The position numbers and the translations under genes are program-made. The notes under the pieces were generated by a model. The model was not told the DNA's origin and did no database searches. It saw nothing but the letters and a program-made list of their open reading frames with translations. A DNA stretch of 64,000 nucleotides, from the NCBI RefSeq assembly GCF_006345805.1, contig NC_043010.1:19592001-19656000 (forward strand), written 5' to 3'. This DNA is from Octopus sinensis. Lineage: Eukaryota. Positions 61,661-64,000 of the stretch are shown here, one piece after another; position 1 is the first letter of the stretch, and each line of letters opens with the position of its first letter.

Positions 61661-61811
61661 CAGTGGCCTGTGGAGCCCTGGTGGTCTGCAAAGGCAGTAC
61701 TGAGGGTCCATGAACATGCTAAGCTAACAGACCTTTCAATATCCTGGGGTCCGTGGGAAAACTCATTTAAATGAAAAGGGTCCTTGGTAGTGAAAAGGTT
61801 GGGAGCTACTG
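61661..61811. mobile_element. hAT-like MITE, same family as 7811-8398
   Basis: shares CCCTGGTGGTCTGCAAAGG.AGTACTG.GGGTCCATGAAC and the GGGAGCTACTG end. Confidence 0.55.
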
Positions 61812-62029
61812 TCCGACATCATTCTGGGCTACGATATCTCTGTGGGTTAATGGGGGTAATCATTGGGTTATTGTATTTACAATGGTGAGAGTGACAAGGG
61901 AGTGTCTGTACAAATGAGATGGCTTAAAAACCACAAGGTATTTTTTCTTCATTGCACCAATTCATTAGCAATATTTCACCAATATCTGCATTTTTTATTG
62001 ATAACACATAATTATAATAATAATAATCC

Positions 62030-62245
62030 TTTCTCCTACAGGCACAAGGCCTGAAATTTTGCGGGAGGGAATAAGTTGATTACATCAATCCCTAGTACTC
62101 AACTGGTACTTATTTAATCGACCCCAAAAGGATGAAAGACAAAAAGTCAACCTCAGTGGAATTTGAACTCAGAATGTACCAGCAGACAAAATACTGCTAA
62201 GCATTTCACCCAGTGTGCTAACGAGTCTGTCACCTCACCGCCTTA
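62030..62245 (-). mobile_element. SINE family B
   Basis: reverse motifs next to (AAT)n. Confidence 0.75.
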
Positions 62246-62259
62246 ATAATAATAAGTTC

Positions 62260-62700
62260 TTTATTTAGCACTAAGGGTTCACAAACAACATTGGAGATGG
62301 TACAAGACAATACAGTGGGTGGGTTACATAACTAGAAGCTTGTAAAGGATAATGCTGGAGAATGTTTTCTTGGTTTCCATTTATGGAATTAATGCCAATT
62401 AGCATGAGATGTCCACATTGTATATGGACAACACTGGGAAGGAATCAAGAATGGTATGATCTGTGTAGAAGTGAATGTTGCAGTGGGTGGGTTGTTTACG
62501 TATTAGAGAAAGAGCGGCAAGGGAGAAAATAACCTTGGGGTACTCCAGAGTATGAGTCAACATACCACAATGGTATGATCTTGGATAGGAAGTAACCTGT
62601 CCAAAAAATGTGAAATGGATGAGGGCTGCAGCTGGGCAGTTTTGCCAGGAGACATTAATGGCTACAACAGCATTTAGCAGTAATACCTGTGAATGAACAG
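62260..62700 (-). mobile_element. degenerate L2/CR1-like RT fragment
   Basis: minus-strand IHFYTDHTIL resembles the HFYADDT RT motif; heavily decayed. Confidence 0.35.
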
Positions 62701-63271
62701 GACTCTGATTCAGAGAAAAATGCTATTTTTCTTCATTAAACACCACACTACAGCTTTTCAGCAAAGGACATATTGCATTTTGAACTTTGAATATCAGAAA
62801 AATTTGTCATGAAGGTCTTTGGTTTTTGCTTCCGCTGCTTAACTTCCACTGCAAGTTCAGTCATATTCGTGACTTGACTTACAATCAAAAGCATTCCAGC
62901 TGTGACTGTGTCTTATCTTTCCTTTCAGACACCATAGTTTACCTAGGACTGCATTATCTTATGCATCTTTCCTATTCCTTTAAATGGTGTGTATGATATG
63001 AGAGAGATTTGGTTGCTATTTCTAGGACAAACACCTACACTGCAGCTTCCTCGTTATTGCCATTAGAAGTAAATAATCTTATCAGGAACACTGAAACACA
63101 ACGGCCCTCAAATAATGTGTCATAAATATTAAGCGTTTGTCCTTGACCACATCAGTCAACCCTCACTTTGTCAAATTGGACAATATGTTAGTAATTCATT
63201 CAATTGTTGACGCTATTACCCGTTGTTTGGAATGATTCTCTGATTTTCTTCATGTTCCTCTCCTCTTTCAG

Positions 63272-63345
63272 GTACTGATGCTGGCAAAGAAGTTTCTCAG
63301 GTGAAAACGGAGCAATTAGGTGCAGGCAAGGAGGCGAAGGGGTTG
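63272..63345 (+). CDS. exon 15 (G-TDAGKEVSQVKTEQLGAGKEAKGL)
   Basis: ctcctctttcag acceptor, TTG|gtaagt donor, 74 bp, phase 1/0. Confidence 0.8.
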
Positions 63346-63409
63346 GTAAGTCATTAATCTTTAGTACCTTTCAATAATAATAATAATAATAATAACGATA
63401 ATCATTATT

Positions 63410-63660
63410 GTCATCATTGTTTAACGTCTGCTTTCCATGCTGGCATGGGTTGGACGGTTCAACTGCGGCCTGGGAAGCCAGGGGACTGCACCAGGCCCCA
63501 GTCTGATCTGGCAGTGTTTCTACAACTGGATGCCCTTCCTAACGCCAACCACTCCGTGAGTGTAGTGGGTGCTTTTTACATGCCACCAGCACAAGAGCCA
63601 GAGAAAGCTGGAAACGACCACAATTGGTTGGTATTTTTTATGTGCCACTGGCACAGAAGC
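63410..63660 (-). mobile_element. RTE 3'-tail copy, reverse
   Basis: TTTAACGTCTGCTTTCCATGCTGGCATGGG...GGATGCCCTTCC. Confidence 0.8.
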
Positions 63661-63878
63661 CAGTCAAGGCAGCACTGTAAATGTAAAAACAGATGTGGAA
63701 ATAGAATCTTTTGGATTAATTCTTGTTGCAAACATTGAATCAAAATGTGAGACATTGCTATGCTGGACATAACGAGAAGTCACCTGTTCAGTTACAAGTG
63801 TATGATTTGAACGATGCAAGAAAGTTTTAGAGACTGAGAAAATAAATTTTTTTTTAATTCTAAAACAAATAACTTATA

Positions 63879-64000
63879 GGTGCAAGAGTGGCTATGTGGT
63901 AGGTAGTTTGCTTACCAACCATGTGGGTCCAGGTTCAGTCCCACTGCATGGCACCTTGGGCAAGTGTCTTCTACTATAGCCTCGGGCTAACCAAAGCCTT
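63879..64000 (+). mobile_element. SINE family A head, cut by window end
   Basis: GGTGCAAGAGTGGCTATGTGGTAGG...GGTTCAGTCCCACTG...GGCACCTTGGGCAAGTG. Confidence 0.8.

Larger units (their letters stand above)
2015..63345 (+). other. JAKMIP: JAKMIP-family coiled-coil protein gene, partial (15 exons, about 1542 codons, no start or stop in window for the long form)
   Basis: 15 exons with canonical AG/GT boundaries splice in frame with no stop. Exons 1-6 align in order with recalled vertebrate JAKMIP motifs, e.g. RQL..E...L...Y.LLQ.Q....LD.ERE.K and LEFRILELEE. Paralog cannot be assigned. Linkage of exons 8-15 to exons 1-7 is inferred from frame, strand and composition. Confidence 0.8.

Overview
AT-rich animal (eukaryotic) genomic DNA dense in microsatellites and SINEs; the repeat landscape suggests an octopus-like cephalopod (inference). 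One protein-coding gene runs across the whole window on the + strand. I read 15 GT-AG exons (2015-63345) that splice into about 1542 uninterrupted codons, open at both ends. The first six exons match the JAKMIP (Janus kinase and microtubule-interacting protein) family core by recalled motifs. Later exons, two of them giant (1014 and 2091 bp), encode a long acidic coiled-coil extension. Candidate alternative first exons lie in the 18.5-kb intron 24397-42957. The introns hold: a nearly intact RTE-clade LINE (APE+RT, two small frameshifts) and about 20 short copies of its 3' tail; three tRNA-derived SINE families; a stack of at least seven R4/RLE-type retrotransposon 3' ends in (AAT)n tracts; Penelope-like remnants; hAT-, piggyBac-, mariner- and Helentron-type non-autonomous elements; and mini/microsatellites. 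No rRNA, true tRNA gene or CRISPR array was seen. Family names come from recalled motifs, not database searches; repeat boundaries are approximate unless a TSD or TIR is quoted.
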